Positions 40,203 to 49,461 of a DNA stretch of 64,000 bases are shown here, in pieces. Position 1 is the stretch's first letter, and each line of letters opens with the position of its first letter. The stretch lies in contig CAZRSJ010000002.1 of assembly GCA_964602805.1 (NCBI GenBank), forward strand, positions 36,824 to 100,823, given 5' to 3'. This DNA comes from an uncultured Chromatiales bacterium (lineage in GTDB: Bacteria > Pseudomonadota > Gammaproteobacteria > Poriferisulfidales > Poriferisulfidaceae). Position numbers and translations under genes: made by a program. The notes under the pieces were generated by a model, which saw only the letters and a program-made list of their open reading frames with translations, did no database searches and had not been told where the DNA came from.

Positions 40203-40675
40203 GCGTACGCGGGAAGCTGTACCAGGGGGGCACCACGCTGGCCCGCGAAGCGGCGCTCACCCGAACGGAGGGCGGGGAGTTCACCGCGGTCGTCGTCTCG
40301 GAAGGCAAGACCGTTTTTCTTGGCCACATGCGGGGCGTGACGGCCCGCGTCGCGGGTTCCGACCGGCTGGTCTACTTTTCCAACGATTTCGCGTTCAGTA
40401 CGGACGATCACGAAGGGCTTGATGCGCTGTTGCCGGAAGGGCAAGCACGGCGAAACCGCTTCCTCGCGTTTTTCGAGCAGACCCGCATCGGCTATATGGT
40501 GGCCTTGGCCGTCCTGTTGATCGGGCTGGTGGTGGCCTACCAGGTCTTTCCAGCCTGGTTTTCCGAGATGCTGGAGGGCCTGATCCGCTTCGAGTTCATT
40601 CCGTTCGAATTCGACCGGGACGAAGGGGCTTGGGCGTTTTTCTCCTCTCGCGGCGGCTTGTATATAAATAGTTGA
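40199..40675 (+). CDS. Hypothetical membrane protein, 158 aa, translationally coupled to the DUF898 gene
   Basis: GTG start overlapping the upstream TGA (GTGA). One TM helix (…YMVALAVLLIGLVVAY…). Confidence 0.5.
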   Translation: MSVRGKLYQGGTTLAREAALTRTEGGEFTAVVVSEGKTVFLGHMRGVTARVAGSDRLVYFSNDFAFSTDDHEGLDALLPEGQARRNRFLAFFEQTRIGYMVALAVLLIGLVVAYQVFPAWFSEMLEGLIRFEFIPFEFDRDEGAWAFFSSRGGLYINS

Positions 40676-40739
40676 TTACTCTATTTATCTTTCAAAAGAT
40701 ACCTGAAAGCCATGCGTTTCCTGACCTTGAGCGCGGGCT

Positions 40740-41140
40740 GTGCTAAACTCGTCTCGTCCGGTTCGAATGCCCTCCGAAAACGGACTTGACGAGGGGCTTT
40801 TTCAATGATTGAAGGTTGGAATAAATAAGGCTGACCGACCGGTAAGGAATCATCACGATTATGGATGCGAACATATTCCAGATCGTAGCGGTGCTGGCGC
40901 TCCTCGGTTTCATGTGGACGCTTCATCGCGAGGTCAGCAATTTGCACAAAGTTGTCGGCAATTTTCGAAAGGATGTCGACAAGGATATGGCCGAAGTCCG
41001 AAAGGATATGGCTGAGATGCGTCAGGAATTCGGCCGGGACACTGCCGATCTGCGAGAACGCATGGCCCGGATGGAAGGCCTGCTAGAAGGCTTCGTCGCC
41101 CGCCCGCAGGAATCACAGCCCTAAAGAACGATGTCGCGCA
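40740..41140 (+). repeat. Tandem module copy 1: conserved upstream element plus small TM/coiled-coil gene plus conserved 3' tail
   Basis: Shares GTGCTAAACTC…ATGCCCTC(C/T)GAAAACGGACTTGACG(A/G)GG…AAGGTTGGAATAAATAAGGCTGAC(C/T)GACC and 3' …CAGCCCTA(A/G)(A/G)GAACGATG(T/C)CGCGCA with copy 2. Confidence 0.6.
40861..41124 (+). CDS. Small protein A (87 aa): N-terminal TM helix plus C-terminal coiled coil
   Basis: AAGGAA SD. …IFQIVAVLALLGFMWTL… then …[28 protein letters not shown]. Paralogue of 41715-41948. Confidence 0.6.
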   Translation: MDANIFQIVAVLALLGFMWTLHREVSNLHKVVGNFRKDVDKDMAEVRKDMAEMRQEFGRDTADLRERMARMEGLLEGFVARPQESQP

Positions 41141-41211
41141 AGGCGGTGTTCGGGTCGGGTGTGGCACGAACGTGATCGATCAGGGGAACACAGACGACGA
41201 GGAATCAACAG

Positions 41212-41544
41212 ATGAATGCATGGATGTTGCTGGCATTGGCCATTGCCTTGGAGGTGATCGCGATCTCCTTTCTCAAACTGTCGAGCGGTTTCGAAAAGTG
41301 GCATTGGGGCGTTCTTTCCATCCTCTGCTACACCTGTTGCTTCTGGGTCATGGCTCCGGCCATCAAGGTGATTCCGGTGGGCGTCGCGTATGCCCTGTGG
41401 GCAGGCATCGGCATTGTCGCCGTGACGTTGATCGGATGGTCAGTGTTCGAGGAGCGTCTCGAAGCCGTTCAACTGGCATTCATCGGAATGATCGCGATCG
41501 GTGCCGTCGGCCTGCGCCTGACCACGACCGCAGCTCCGGTCTAG
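41212..41544 (+). CDS. SMR-family small multidrug resistance transporter (EmrE/SugE-like)
   Basis: 110 aa, 4 TM helices, conserved membrane Glu (…LEVIAISFLK…). Sits between the two paralogous modules. Confidence 0.85.
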   Translation: MNAWMLLALAIALEVIAISFLKLSSGFEKWHWGVLSILCYTCCFWVMAPAIKVIPVGVAYALWAGIGIVAVTLIGWSVFEERLEAVQLAFIGMIAIGAVGLRLTTTAAPV

Positions 41545-41593
41545 CGGTACGGGGGTCGGGGTCGCCGCCTGGGCCACTCCAGAGGCATGGCCC

Positions 41594-41964
41594 GTGCTAA
41601 ACTCCTGTCCAATTCTCATGCCCTCTGAAAACGGACTTGACGGGGATCTTTCGAATCAACTTTAAGGTTGGAATAAATAAGGCTGACTGACCTGCATGAA
41701 GAGGAAACTCGCAAATGATGAACGTTAGCCTGGAATTGATAGCAATCGTTGCCCTGTGGGTCACCACGATGGGCTTTCTTTGGAACCTCCACCGCGACAT
41801 GGGCAATTTGCGCAAGGATGTCGGCAAGGACATGGCCGACCTGCGTCAGGAATTCGGCCAGGACACTGCCGATCTGCGCGAACGCATGGCCCGGATGGAA
41901 GGCTTGCTAAAAGGCTTCGTCGGGCGCCCGCAGGAATCACAGCCCTAGGGAACGATGCCGCGCA
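41594..41964 (+). repeat. Tandem module copy 2
   Basis: See copy 1. Nucleotide-level conservation of upstream element, gene 3' half and tail. Confidence 0.6.
41715..41948 (+). CDS. Small protein B (77 aa): N-terminal TM helix plus C-terminal coiled coil
   Basis: GAGGAA SD. …[18 protein letters not shown]… then …[28 protein letters not shown]. Confidence 0.6.
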   Translation: MMNVSLELIAIVALWVTTMGFLWNLHRDMGNLRKDVGKDMADLRQEFGQDTADLRERMARMEGLLKGFVGRPQESQP

Positions 41965-42073
41965 TTGGCGCGGTCGAGCAGATCGGCGGACGAAATTCTC
42001 CCCGCCGGGACCCGGCAGCGCCTGTACTATACTTGCAAGGCTAGACGCTTGTTATGCCTATGGAAATGACATC

Positions 42074-45000
42074 ATGCCGATGAGCCAAGTGCCAAAGGAT
42101 AGTTTGTACCGTCCCGAGTTCGAGCGGGACAGCTGCGGCTTTGGCCTGATCGCGCAGATGGACGACGAGGCCAGCCACGACCTGGTGCAGACGGCGATCC
42201 GGGCATTGGAACGGATGACCCACCGCGGCGCCATTGCCGCCGACGGCAAGACTGGTGACGGCTGCGGCCTGCTGCTCAAGATTCCGGCTGGCTACTTCCG
42301 GGCGGTCGCGGAGCGCGACGGCATTGAACTCGGCGAAAACAATGCACTGGCCATGGTGTTCCTGAGCCAGGACGAGGCCCGTGCGCAGGCGGGCCGGGAT
42401 GCCCTTGAAAAACACCTGACCGAGCAGGGGTTCCGGCCCCGCGGCTGGCGGCAGGTACCGGTCGACCCGGAGGTGCTGGGCGAACAGGCTCGGGCCTCGA
42501 TGCCGCGCATCGAGCAACTGTTCGTCGATCTGCTTGGCAGTGATCCCCGGCACAGCGATGCGCCGTTGTTGCTGGCGCGACGGAAGGCGGAACGGGCGAT
42601 GGCGGATGACCCGGACTTCTACGTCTGCAGCCTGTCGTCCAGCGTGGTCAGTTACAAGGGCCTGATGATGCCGGAGTGGCTGCCGCACTTCTACGCCGAC
42701 CTCAACGACCCGGAACTGACGTCCTCGATTTGCGTCTTCCACCAGCGGTTCTCCACCAACACGCTGCCGCAGTGGGCATTGGCGCAGCCATTCCGCTACC
42801 TGGCGCACAACGGCGAGATCAACACCATCCGGGGCAACCGCAACTGGGCTGAGGCCCGGGCGCACACCTTCAGCAGCGCCAACCTGCCCGGGCTCGAGCA
42901 GTTGAGGCCGCTGGTCTCTGCGGAAGGTTCGGATTCCTGCGCGCTGGACAACATGCTGGAAATCCTTCATGCCGGGGGCATCGACATCTTCCGGGCGATG
43001 CGTCTGCTCATCCCGCCAGCTTGGCAGAACGCGAAGGAGATGGACTCGGACTTGCGGGCGTTCTACGAGTACAGTTCCATGCACATGGAGCCGTGGGACG
43101 GACCGGCCGGGATCGTTCTGACCGACGGCCGTTACGCCGCTTGCATCCTGGACCGGAACGGCCTGCGTCCGGCCCGCTACGTCATCACCCGGGACCGGCG
43201 CATCATGCTGGCTTCCGAAATCGGCGTGCATGAGTTCGCGGACGCCGACGTGGTGGAGAAAGGGCGGTTGCGGCCGGGCGAGATGCTGGCGGCCGATACC
43301 CAGACGGGCGAACTCCTGACATCACAAAAGATCGACCGTATCAACAGCACCCGGAACCCTTACTGGCAGTGGCTGCATGAGGGATCCCGGCATACTCGCT
43401 CTCTGGTCAACCATCGGGTGCCGGAATGGGCGGCCTTTTCCCGCGAAGACCTGCGGCATCACGAAAAGATTTTCGACGTCAGTTACGAGGAACGCGAGCA
43501 GGTGCTTCGGGTACTGGCCGACGTCGGGCAGGAAGCGGTCGGTTCGATGGGTGACGACACGCCCCTGCCGGTAATGTCCGGTCGGGTCCGGTCCCTTTAC
43601 GACTATTTCCGGCAGCAATTCGCGCAAGTCACTAATCCCGCCATCGACTCGCTGCGCGAGAAAGTCGTGATGTCGCTGGAAACCTGCTTCGGTCCCGAAC
43701 TCAACCTTTTCGATGAAACCCTGAGCCACGCCGTGCGATTGGTGTCGGAGTCGCCCGTGCTGCCGCACAAGAAGTACGAACACTTGAAGGCGATCGACGA
43801 TCCCGATTATCAGCCGCTCTACATCGACCTCAACTACGACGAACACCGGGATCTCGAAGAAGTCGTCCGCGAGATTGCCGCGCAGGCCGTGCAGGGCGTC
43901 AAGGACGGCAATGTCCTGATCATCCTGTCCGACCGCGACATCACCCCGGGCAAGGTTCCGGTGCATGCGCTCCTGGCGACGGGTGCCGTGCACCATGCGT
44001 TGATCCATGAAGGGTTGCGCTGCCAGGCCAACATCATTGTCGATACCGGCACCGCGCGCGACCCCCACCACTTTGCGGTTCTGATCGGCTACGGCGCCAC
44101 CGCGGTCCATCCGTACCTCGCGCTTCAGTCGCTGTCCGACATGGTGCGTCAGGGCGAGATCGACAAGGAGACGTTCTCGGTGGTCGAGCGCAACTACTGC
44201 CGTGGCATCGACAAGGGCCTGCTCAAGATCTGCTCCAAGATGGGGATTTCGGCGATCACCAGCTATCGCGGCGCGCAATTGTTTGAAGTCGTGGGCCTGG
44301 GCGACGAGGTGGTGGACCTGTGTTTCGTGGGATCGGTCAGCCGCATCGAGGGAACCGGCTTCGAGGAACTGGCCGCCGACCAACGGTTGCTCGCGGCTCA
44401 TGCCTGGAGCCGCCAGGACCTGCGGCAGGGCGGGTTGCTCAAGTACGTCCATGACGAGGAATACCACGCATTTAACCCGGACATTGTTCAAGCCCTCCAG
44501 GCGTCCGCACGCAGCGGCGCGATGGAGGATTACCGGGTATTCCGGGATCTGGTGAATAGCCGGGAGCCCATGGTGTTGCGCGACCTGTTGCGGTTGCGTG
44601 AAGATGTCGAATCCATCCCGCTCGAGGAAGTGGAGCCGGTGGAGGCGATCACCCCGCGCTTCGACTCGGCCGGCATGTCGCTGGGCGCGTTGTCGCCGGA
44701 TGCACACGAAACCTTGGCAGAAGCCATGAACCGCCTGGGCGCCCGGTCCAACTCGGGGGAAGGGGGCGAAGACCCGGCGCGTTATGGCACCGACCGGACC
44801 TCCAAGATCAAGCAGGTGGCTTCGGGGCGGTTCGGCGTTACGCCGGAGTACCTGGTCAACGCGGAAGTGCTGCAGATCAAGATCGCCCAGGGTGCCAAGC
44901 CGGGCGAGGGCGGACAACTGCCCGGACGCAAGGTGAACGAACTGATTGCCCGGCTGCGCTACTGCAATCCGGGCGTGACCCTGATCTCTCCGCCGCCGCA

Positions 45001-46534
45001 CCACGATATCTACTCGATCGAGGATCTGGCCCAGTTGATCTTCGACCTCAAGCAGGTCAACCCGCAGGCCCTGGTGTCGGTGAAGTTGGTGGCGTCTGCC
45101 GGCGTGGGCACGATTGCCGCGGGGGTGGCCAAGGCGTATGCAGACCTGATCACGATCTCCGGCTACGATGGCGGGACCGGCGCCAGCCCGCTGACCAGCA
45201 TCAAGTATGCGGGCGGTCCGTGGGAGATGGGAATCAGCGAGGCGCAGGTGGCGTTGCGTGGCAACAACCTGCGCGACAAGATCCGCCTGCAGGCCGACGG
45301 CGGCATGAAGACGGGCCTCGACGTAGTCAAGGCGGCCATCCTGGGCGCGGAGAGCTTCGGTTTCGGTACCGCGCCGATGATTGCCATGGGATGCAAGTAT
45401 CTGCGGATCTGCCACCTCAACAACTGTGCGACCGGGGTGGCCACCCAGAACAAGATCCTGCGGCGCGACCATTTCATCGGCGAAGCGGACATGGTGGTCA
45501 ACTACTTCACGCTGGTCGCCGAGGAAACCCGGGAATGGATGGCGGCGATGGGTGTGCGGCGCCTGGTCGACCTGATCGGACGTACGGACCTGCTTGAGAT
45601 CAGTCCCGGGGTCACGGACCGGCAACACGGCTTGAATCTTGAACCGCTGTTGTCCGACGGTGGCATCCCGGCCGATGTGCCACGCTACTGCGAGACCGAG
45701 AGCAACCCTTCTTTCGACAAGGGAGAGCTGGCAGAGCGGATGGTTCGCGATACCCGCGAGGCGATCGAGAACATGACGGGCGGCGAGTTTCACTACGAGA
45801 TCAACAACACCAACCGTTCGATCGGTGCGCGGGTCTCCGGGGAGATTGCGCGTCGCCACGGCGATCACGGCATGCGTTCGGCACCACTCGTCATTCGCCT
45901 GACCGGTACGGCCGGGCAGAGCTTCGGGGTCTGGAATGCGGATGGTCTGCATCTCCACCTGCAGGGCGACGCCAACGACTACGTCGGCAAGGGCATGGCG
46001 GGCGGCAAACTGGTCCTGCATCCGGGACCGGACCTGTCGTTGCCGACGCACAAAACTCCGATCATGGGCAATACCTGCCTGTACGGTGCAACCGGAGGCA
46101 AGTTGTTCGCTGCTGGCACTGCCGGCGAGCGCTTCGCGATCCGCAATTCCGGTGCCATGGCCGTAATCGAGGGTGTCGGCGACCACGGCTGCGAATACAT
46201 GACCGGCGGCGCCGTTATCATCTTGGGCTCAACCGGGGTCAATTTCGGAGCGGGCATGGCCGGTGGATTCGCACTGGTGCTGGACGAGCAGCAGGACTTC
46301 CCCGAGCGTTGCAATGAGGAGATGATCGAGTGGCACCCCCTGACATCGGAGGGTTGCGAAGACTATGTCCAGTACCTGCGCGGAGTGCTGATGGAATACA
46401 GCGGTGAAACGGGAAGCACACGGGCACAGCAGATCCTGGAGCAACTGGAGGACTGGTTGCCGCGGTTCTGGCTGGTGGCCCCGAAGGAGGCACGAATCGA
46501 AACTCTTCTAGACGGGTTTCGAGAGGCGGCGTAA
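42074..46534 (+). CDS. gltB: Glutamate synthase (NADPH) large subunit
   Basis: [27 protein letters not shown]… Ntn amidotransferase Cys1. FMN/Fe-S central domains. C-terminal GXGXG beta-helix. 1486 aa. Track ORF is N-extended. No gltD follows. Confidence 0.95.
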   Translation: MPMSQVPKDSLYRPEFERDSCGFGLIAQMDDEASHDLVQTAIRALERMTHRGAIAADGKTGDGCGLLLKIPAGYFRAVAERDGIELGENNALAMVFLSQDEARAQAGRDALEKHLTEQGFRPRGWRQVPVDPEVLGEQARASMPRIEQLFVDLLGSDPRHSDAPLLLARRKAERAMADDPDFYVCSLSSSVVSYKGLMMPEWLPHFYADLNDPELTSSICVFHQRFSTNTLPQWALAQPFRYLAHNGEINTIRGNRNWAEARAHTFSSANLPGLEQLRPLVSAEGSDSCALDNMLEILHAGGIDIFRAMRLLIPPAWQNAKEMDSDLRAFYEYSSMHMEPWDGPAGIVLTDGRYAACILDRNGLRPARYVITRDRRIMLASEIGVHEFADADVVEKGRLRPGEMLAADTQTGELLTSQKIDRINSTRNPYWQWLHEGSRHTRSLVNHRVPEWAAFSREDLRHHEKIFDVSYEEREQVLRVLADVGQEAVGSMGDDTPLPVMSGRVRSLYDYFRQQFAQVTNPAIDSLREKVVMSLETCFGPELNLFDETLSHAVRLVSESPVLPHKKYEHLKAIDDPDYQPLYIDLNYDEHRDLEEVVREIAAQAVQGVKDGNVLIILSDRDITPGKVPVHALLATGAVHHALIHEGLRCQANIIVDTGTARDPHHFAVLIGYGATAVHPYLALQSLSDMVRQGEIDKETFSVVERNYCRGIDKGLLKICSKMGISAITSYRGAQLFEVVGLGDEVVDLCFVGSVSRIEGTGFEELAADQRLLAAHAWSRQDLRQGGLLKYVHDEEYHAFNPDIVQALQASARSGAMEDYRVFRDLVNSREPMVLRDLLRLREDVESIPLEEVEPVEAITPRFDSAGMSLGALSPDAHETLAEAMNRLGARSNSGEGGEDPARYGTDRTSKIKQVASGRFGVTPEYLVNAEVLQIKIAQGAKPGEGGQLPGRKVNELIARLRYCNPGVTLISPPPHHDIYSIEDLAQLIFDLKQVNPQALVSVKLVASAGVGTIAAGVAKAYADLITISGYDGGTGASPLTSIKYAGGPWEMGISEAQVALRGNNLRDKIRLQADGGMKTGLDVVKAAILGAESFGFGTAPMIAMGCKYLRICHLNNCATGVATQNKILRRDHFIGEADMVVNYFTLVAEETREWMAAMGVRRLVDLIGRTDLLEISPGVTDRQHGLNLEPLLSDGGIPADVPRYCETESNPSFDKGELAERMVRDTREAIENMTGGEFHYEINNTNRSIGARVSGEIARRHGDHGMRSAPLVIRLTGTAGQSFGVWNADGLHLHLQGDANDYVGKGMAGGKLVLHPGPDLSLPTHKTPIMGNTCLYGATGGKLFAAGTAGERFAIRNSGAMAVIEGVGDHGCEYMTGGAVIILGSTGVNFGAGMAGGFALVLDEQQDFPERCNEEMIEWHPLTSEGCEDYVQYLRGVLMEYSGETGSTRAQQILEQLEDWLPRFWLVAPKEARIETLLDGFREAA

Positions 46535-46564
46535 GTTCAGGTCCGGCCCCGTTATCATTCCGCC

Positions 46565-48331
46565 ATGGCCGGGCGCATCCCTTCCGAATTCATCCAGCAA
46601 CTGCTGGCGCGGGTCGATCTGGCCGACCTGATCGGCCGCTACGTCCCGCTCAAGAAGGCCGGAACGGAGTTCAAGGCCTGCTGTCCGTTCCACAACGAAA
46701 AAACGCCCTCGTTCACGGTCAGCCCGCGCAAGGGTTTCTACCATTGCTTCGGCTGCGGTGCGCACGGCACCGCGATCTCATTCCTGATGGAATATTGCCG
46801 GTTTTCGTTTCCCGACGCAGTTGAAGAACTGGCCAAGCAGACCGGGCTGGAGGTTCCGCGTGTCGGTGGGAGTTCCGCGCCGCGTCAGGAACTCGACCCG
46901 TTGTACGAATGCATGGAAGCGGCATCCCAGTTCTATCAGAAAGAACTGACTCGCTCCAAGTCGGCGCAGGCGTATGCGCATGAGCGCGGTCTTTCGGACA
47001 AGATTCGCGAGGAATACCGGATTGGCTATGCGCCGCCGGGTTTCGAGAACCTGAGGTCGAAATTGTCGGCCCGGTTCTCCAAGGAGTTGCTGCTGAAGGT
47101 GGGCCTGTTGTCGGAAAAGGAAGACCGGGTCTACGACAAGTTCCGTAATCGCCTGATGTTCCCGATCCAGGACTCGCGTGGACGGGTGCTCGGATTCGGC
47201 GGGCGGGTTATTGATCCCGAAGACAAGCCCAAATACATGAATTCGCCGGAAACCCCGCTGTTCCACAAGGGCCGTGTCCTGTACGGCGTGCACGAACTTC
47301 AACAGCGCCGCGGCAAGGTCAACTACCTGATCCTGACGGAGGGATACATGGACGTGGTCAGCTTGGCACAGGCCGGGGTCCGAAATGCCCTCGCCACCTT
47401 GGGCACCGCCACGACCGAGGATCACATTCGGCAGATGGGGCGCTTCTGCCGGACATTCGTGTTCTGCTTCGACGGGGACCCGGCCGGTCGGGCCGCGGGC
47501 TGGCGCGCCCTTGAGAACCTGTTGCCGGTTCTGCGCGAGGGCGACGAAGTTCGCTTTGCGCACCTGCCGGAAGGCGAGGACCCGGACAGTTACATTCGCG
47601 CCCATGGCAAGTCCGGTTGGAAAGAATTCATCCGGGGGGCCGTACCGCTGGAGGACTATTTCTTCACGCACTTGGAGCAAGGCCTGAACCTGGGCTTGGC
47701 GTCCGGGAAATCGGCATTGGTCGCAAAAGCAAGACCGTTGCTTGAGAAAGTGGGCGCCCCGGTTTTCCGCGATCTGATGATCCGGAAGCTGTGCGACACG
47801 ACCGGATTGAGGGAAAATCAGTTGCGCCTGGAACCGGCGGATTCAGGCCAGACGGATGCCCGACGCTCCAGGCCGACTCCGCCTGGGCGGCCCTCGGCGA
47901 TACGCGTGATGATTCGCTTATTGCTGGAATATCCCAGGCTGGCGCGCTTGGCCCCGTCGCCGAAAGACTTGAAGGCCATTTCGGCTCCGGGGTTCGATTT
48001 GTTCGCCGAGATCGTGGAGCTATCGACAAAGAATCCTGATACTACGGCAGGCGCGATCTTGGAATCGTTCCGGGGTCAGGAAGCGGAGAAGCATCTCAAC
48101 AGCCTGATGCGTTGGACGCCGGTCGAATTGTCCGGAGTGAAGGATGAGGAAGAAGTTCACGCTGTCTTCGAGCAGGGCATGCGCCGGTTCAGGCTCCAGC
48201 GGGTCAGGCAGCAAATCGGCGTTTTGGAAGCCAAGCAGGCTGAAGAGGAAACCCTCAGTCAGGTGGAGCAGGAGGAATTGGCGAACTTGCGCAAGGAACG
48301 CGCCGAACTCGCGCGGACTCCGGGCGGGTAA
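46565..48331 (+). CDS. dnaG: DNA primase
   Basis: Zn-binding region …CCPFHNEKTPSFTVSPRKGFYHCFGCGAHG…, TOPRIM domain (…LTEGYMDV…), and C-terminal DnaB-interaction domain. Confidence 0.95.
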   Translation: MAGRIPSEFIQQLLARVDLADLIGRYVPLKKAGTEFKACCPFHNEKTPSFTVSPRKGFYHCFGCGAHGTAISFLMEYCRFSFPDAVEELAKQTGLEVPRVGGSSAPRQELDPLYECMEAASQFYQKELTRSKSAQAYAHERGLSDKIREEYRIGYAPPGFENLRSKLSARFSKELLLKVGLLSEKEDRVYDKFRNRLMFPIQDSRGRVLGFGGRVIDPEDKPKYMNSPETPLFHKGRVLYGVHELQQRRGKVNYLILTEGYMDVVSLAQAGVRNALATLGTATTEDHIRQMGRFCRTFVFCFDGDPAGRAAGWRALENLLPVLREGDEVRFAHLPEGEDPDSYIRAHGKSGWKEFIRGAVPLEDYFFTHLEQGLNLGLASGKSALVAKARPLLEKVGAPVFRDLMIRKLCDTTGLRENQLRLEPADSGQTDARRSRPTPPGRPSAIRVMIRLLLEYPRLARLAPSPKDLKAISAPGFDLFAEIVELSTKNPDTTAGAILESFRGQEAEKHLNSLMRWTPVELSGVKDEEEVHAVFEQGMRRFRLQRVRQQIGVLEAKQAEEETLSQVEQEELANLRKERAELARTPGG

Positions 48332-48333
48332 CT

Positions 48334-49299
48334 TTAGAACCGGCGTTTGAAACCGACCGTAACCGCCCAATACTCGACATTGCCCATCTTGACTTGGTCC
48401 ACGAAAGGCGTGACTCCGTCCACATACACTGGTGCGTGACTGCGGATCTGGTCGTAAGGCGCATCGTCCCTGAAGTCGTCGAACTGGGCCCAGCGCGCCT
48501 TGATGCCGACGGAGGTCCGGTCGGTCAGGGCGTAGTCGATGCCGGCCAGCAACTGGAACCCGAACAGCGTATCGGACAGTTCCGTGTCCATGCTGCTCAG
48601 GGTACCGGCGGCGCTTTCCCGCCATTCATCCCACGTGCCTTGAATCCAGCCGTGACTAATCTGTTCCGCTGGGATATCCGGGGCCACATTCAGGTAGCCT
48701 TCGTCCACGGTCTTGCGCAGGAGGCGGCGTTCATACTGCATCCGCACTCGTGCCCATCCGGCACCGACACCCACGTAAGGCGCCCACCGGGATTCCGTGG
48801 CAAAGTCGTAGAACACGTTGGCGAAATATTGCCGGATGCGAAAGTCCGAAATCCATTCGTAGGGCGGCGCAGTCTCGCTCCACTCGCGATCCTTGCTGGC
48901 TAGGCCCGGGTGCGTCGAGGCGGTAATGATGGGGTGGCTGGCCGAGCCGGGCTTGACGTGCATGAACTCCAGTTCGAAGCGAAACTGGTCGCGAATGTAA
49001 CCGGCGTGAAGGCCGACGGCCAGGCCGCTGCCCGCATCGAACCGCGAGTTCCATTTATCCCCGCGGCTGACGTCGCTGCAGGCAGGGTCGTTGCCGATCG
49101 CCCCGGTTGGGCGAGTCGCATCGCTGTACATCAGAACATCGCAGCGCGTCGGGTTGCTCTGCCCGGAGACCGTGGAGTCCAGCGCGCGGGAGTCGGCCAG
49201 GCCGATGTCTGCACCGACATAGAAGTCGGCATGCGCGGCAGTCAGGAGGGTCATGCCGAGCGTCAAAAAACAAGGACGAAAGAGGCTTAAATGTGACAT
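48334..49299 (-). CDS. Outer-membrane beta-barrel protein (OmpA_membrane/OmpW-like), 321 aa
   Basis: Signal peptide MSHLSLFRPCFLTLGMTLLTAAHA. Alternating amphipathic strands. C-terminal …VGFKRRF. Start at internal ATG 49299. Confidence 0.7.
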   Translation of the reverse strand: MSHLSLFRPCFLTLGMTLLTAAHADFYVGADIGLADSRALDSTVSGQSNPTRCDVLMYSDATRPTGAIGNDPACSDVSRGDKWNSRFDAGSGLAVGLHAGYIRDQFRFELEFMHVKPGSASHPIITASTHPGLASKDREWSETAPPYEWISDFRIRQYFANVFYDFATESRWAPYVGVGAGWARVRMQYERRLLRKTVDEGYLNVAPDIPAEQISHGWIQGTWDEWRESAAGTLSSMDTELSDTLFGFQLLAGIDYALTDRTSVGIKARWAQFDDFRDDAPYDQIRSHAPVYVDGVTPFVDQVKMGNVEYWAVTVGFKRRF

Positions 49300-49461
49300 T
49301 TTTGGCAATTTGTTCGACAGCGACAGACTGCCATTATACGGCAAAATGACTATTTTCCGGTCTTAAAAATCCTTATAAAACATTGACCTAGGAAACACAA
49401 GGAATGCGGTAGAATAAGTTTCCAGTTTCCCCAATAACAAACATAATAGGGGTTGATACGC

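Noticed and set aside
40681-40947. Minus-strand ORFs (88 aa at 40681-40947 and 78 aa at 41597-41833) over the duplicated upstream elements
   Set aside because: Protein sequences are not conserved between the two copies, although the DNA is. Plus-strand features explain the conservation.
41756-42073. Upstream extension of the gltB ORF
   Set aside because: GltB begins at the amidotransferase Cys-containing N-terminus at 42074. Upstream frame is merely open and overlaps small protein B.
43322-46186. 954-aa ORF antisense to gltB
   Set aside because: Nested antisense in a firmly identified gene. High-GC stop-poor frame artefact with no start context or homology.
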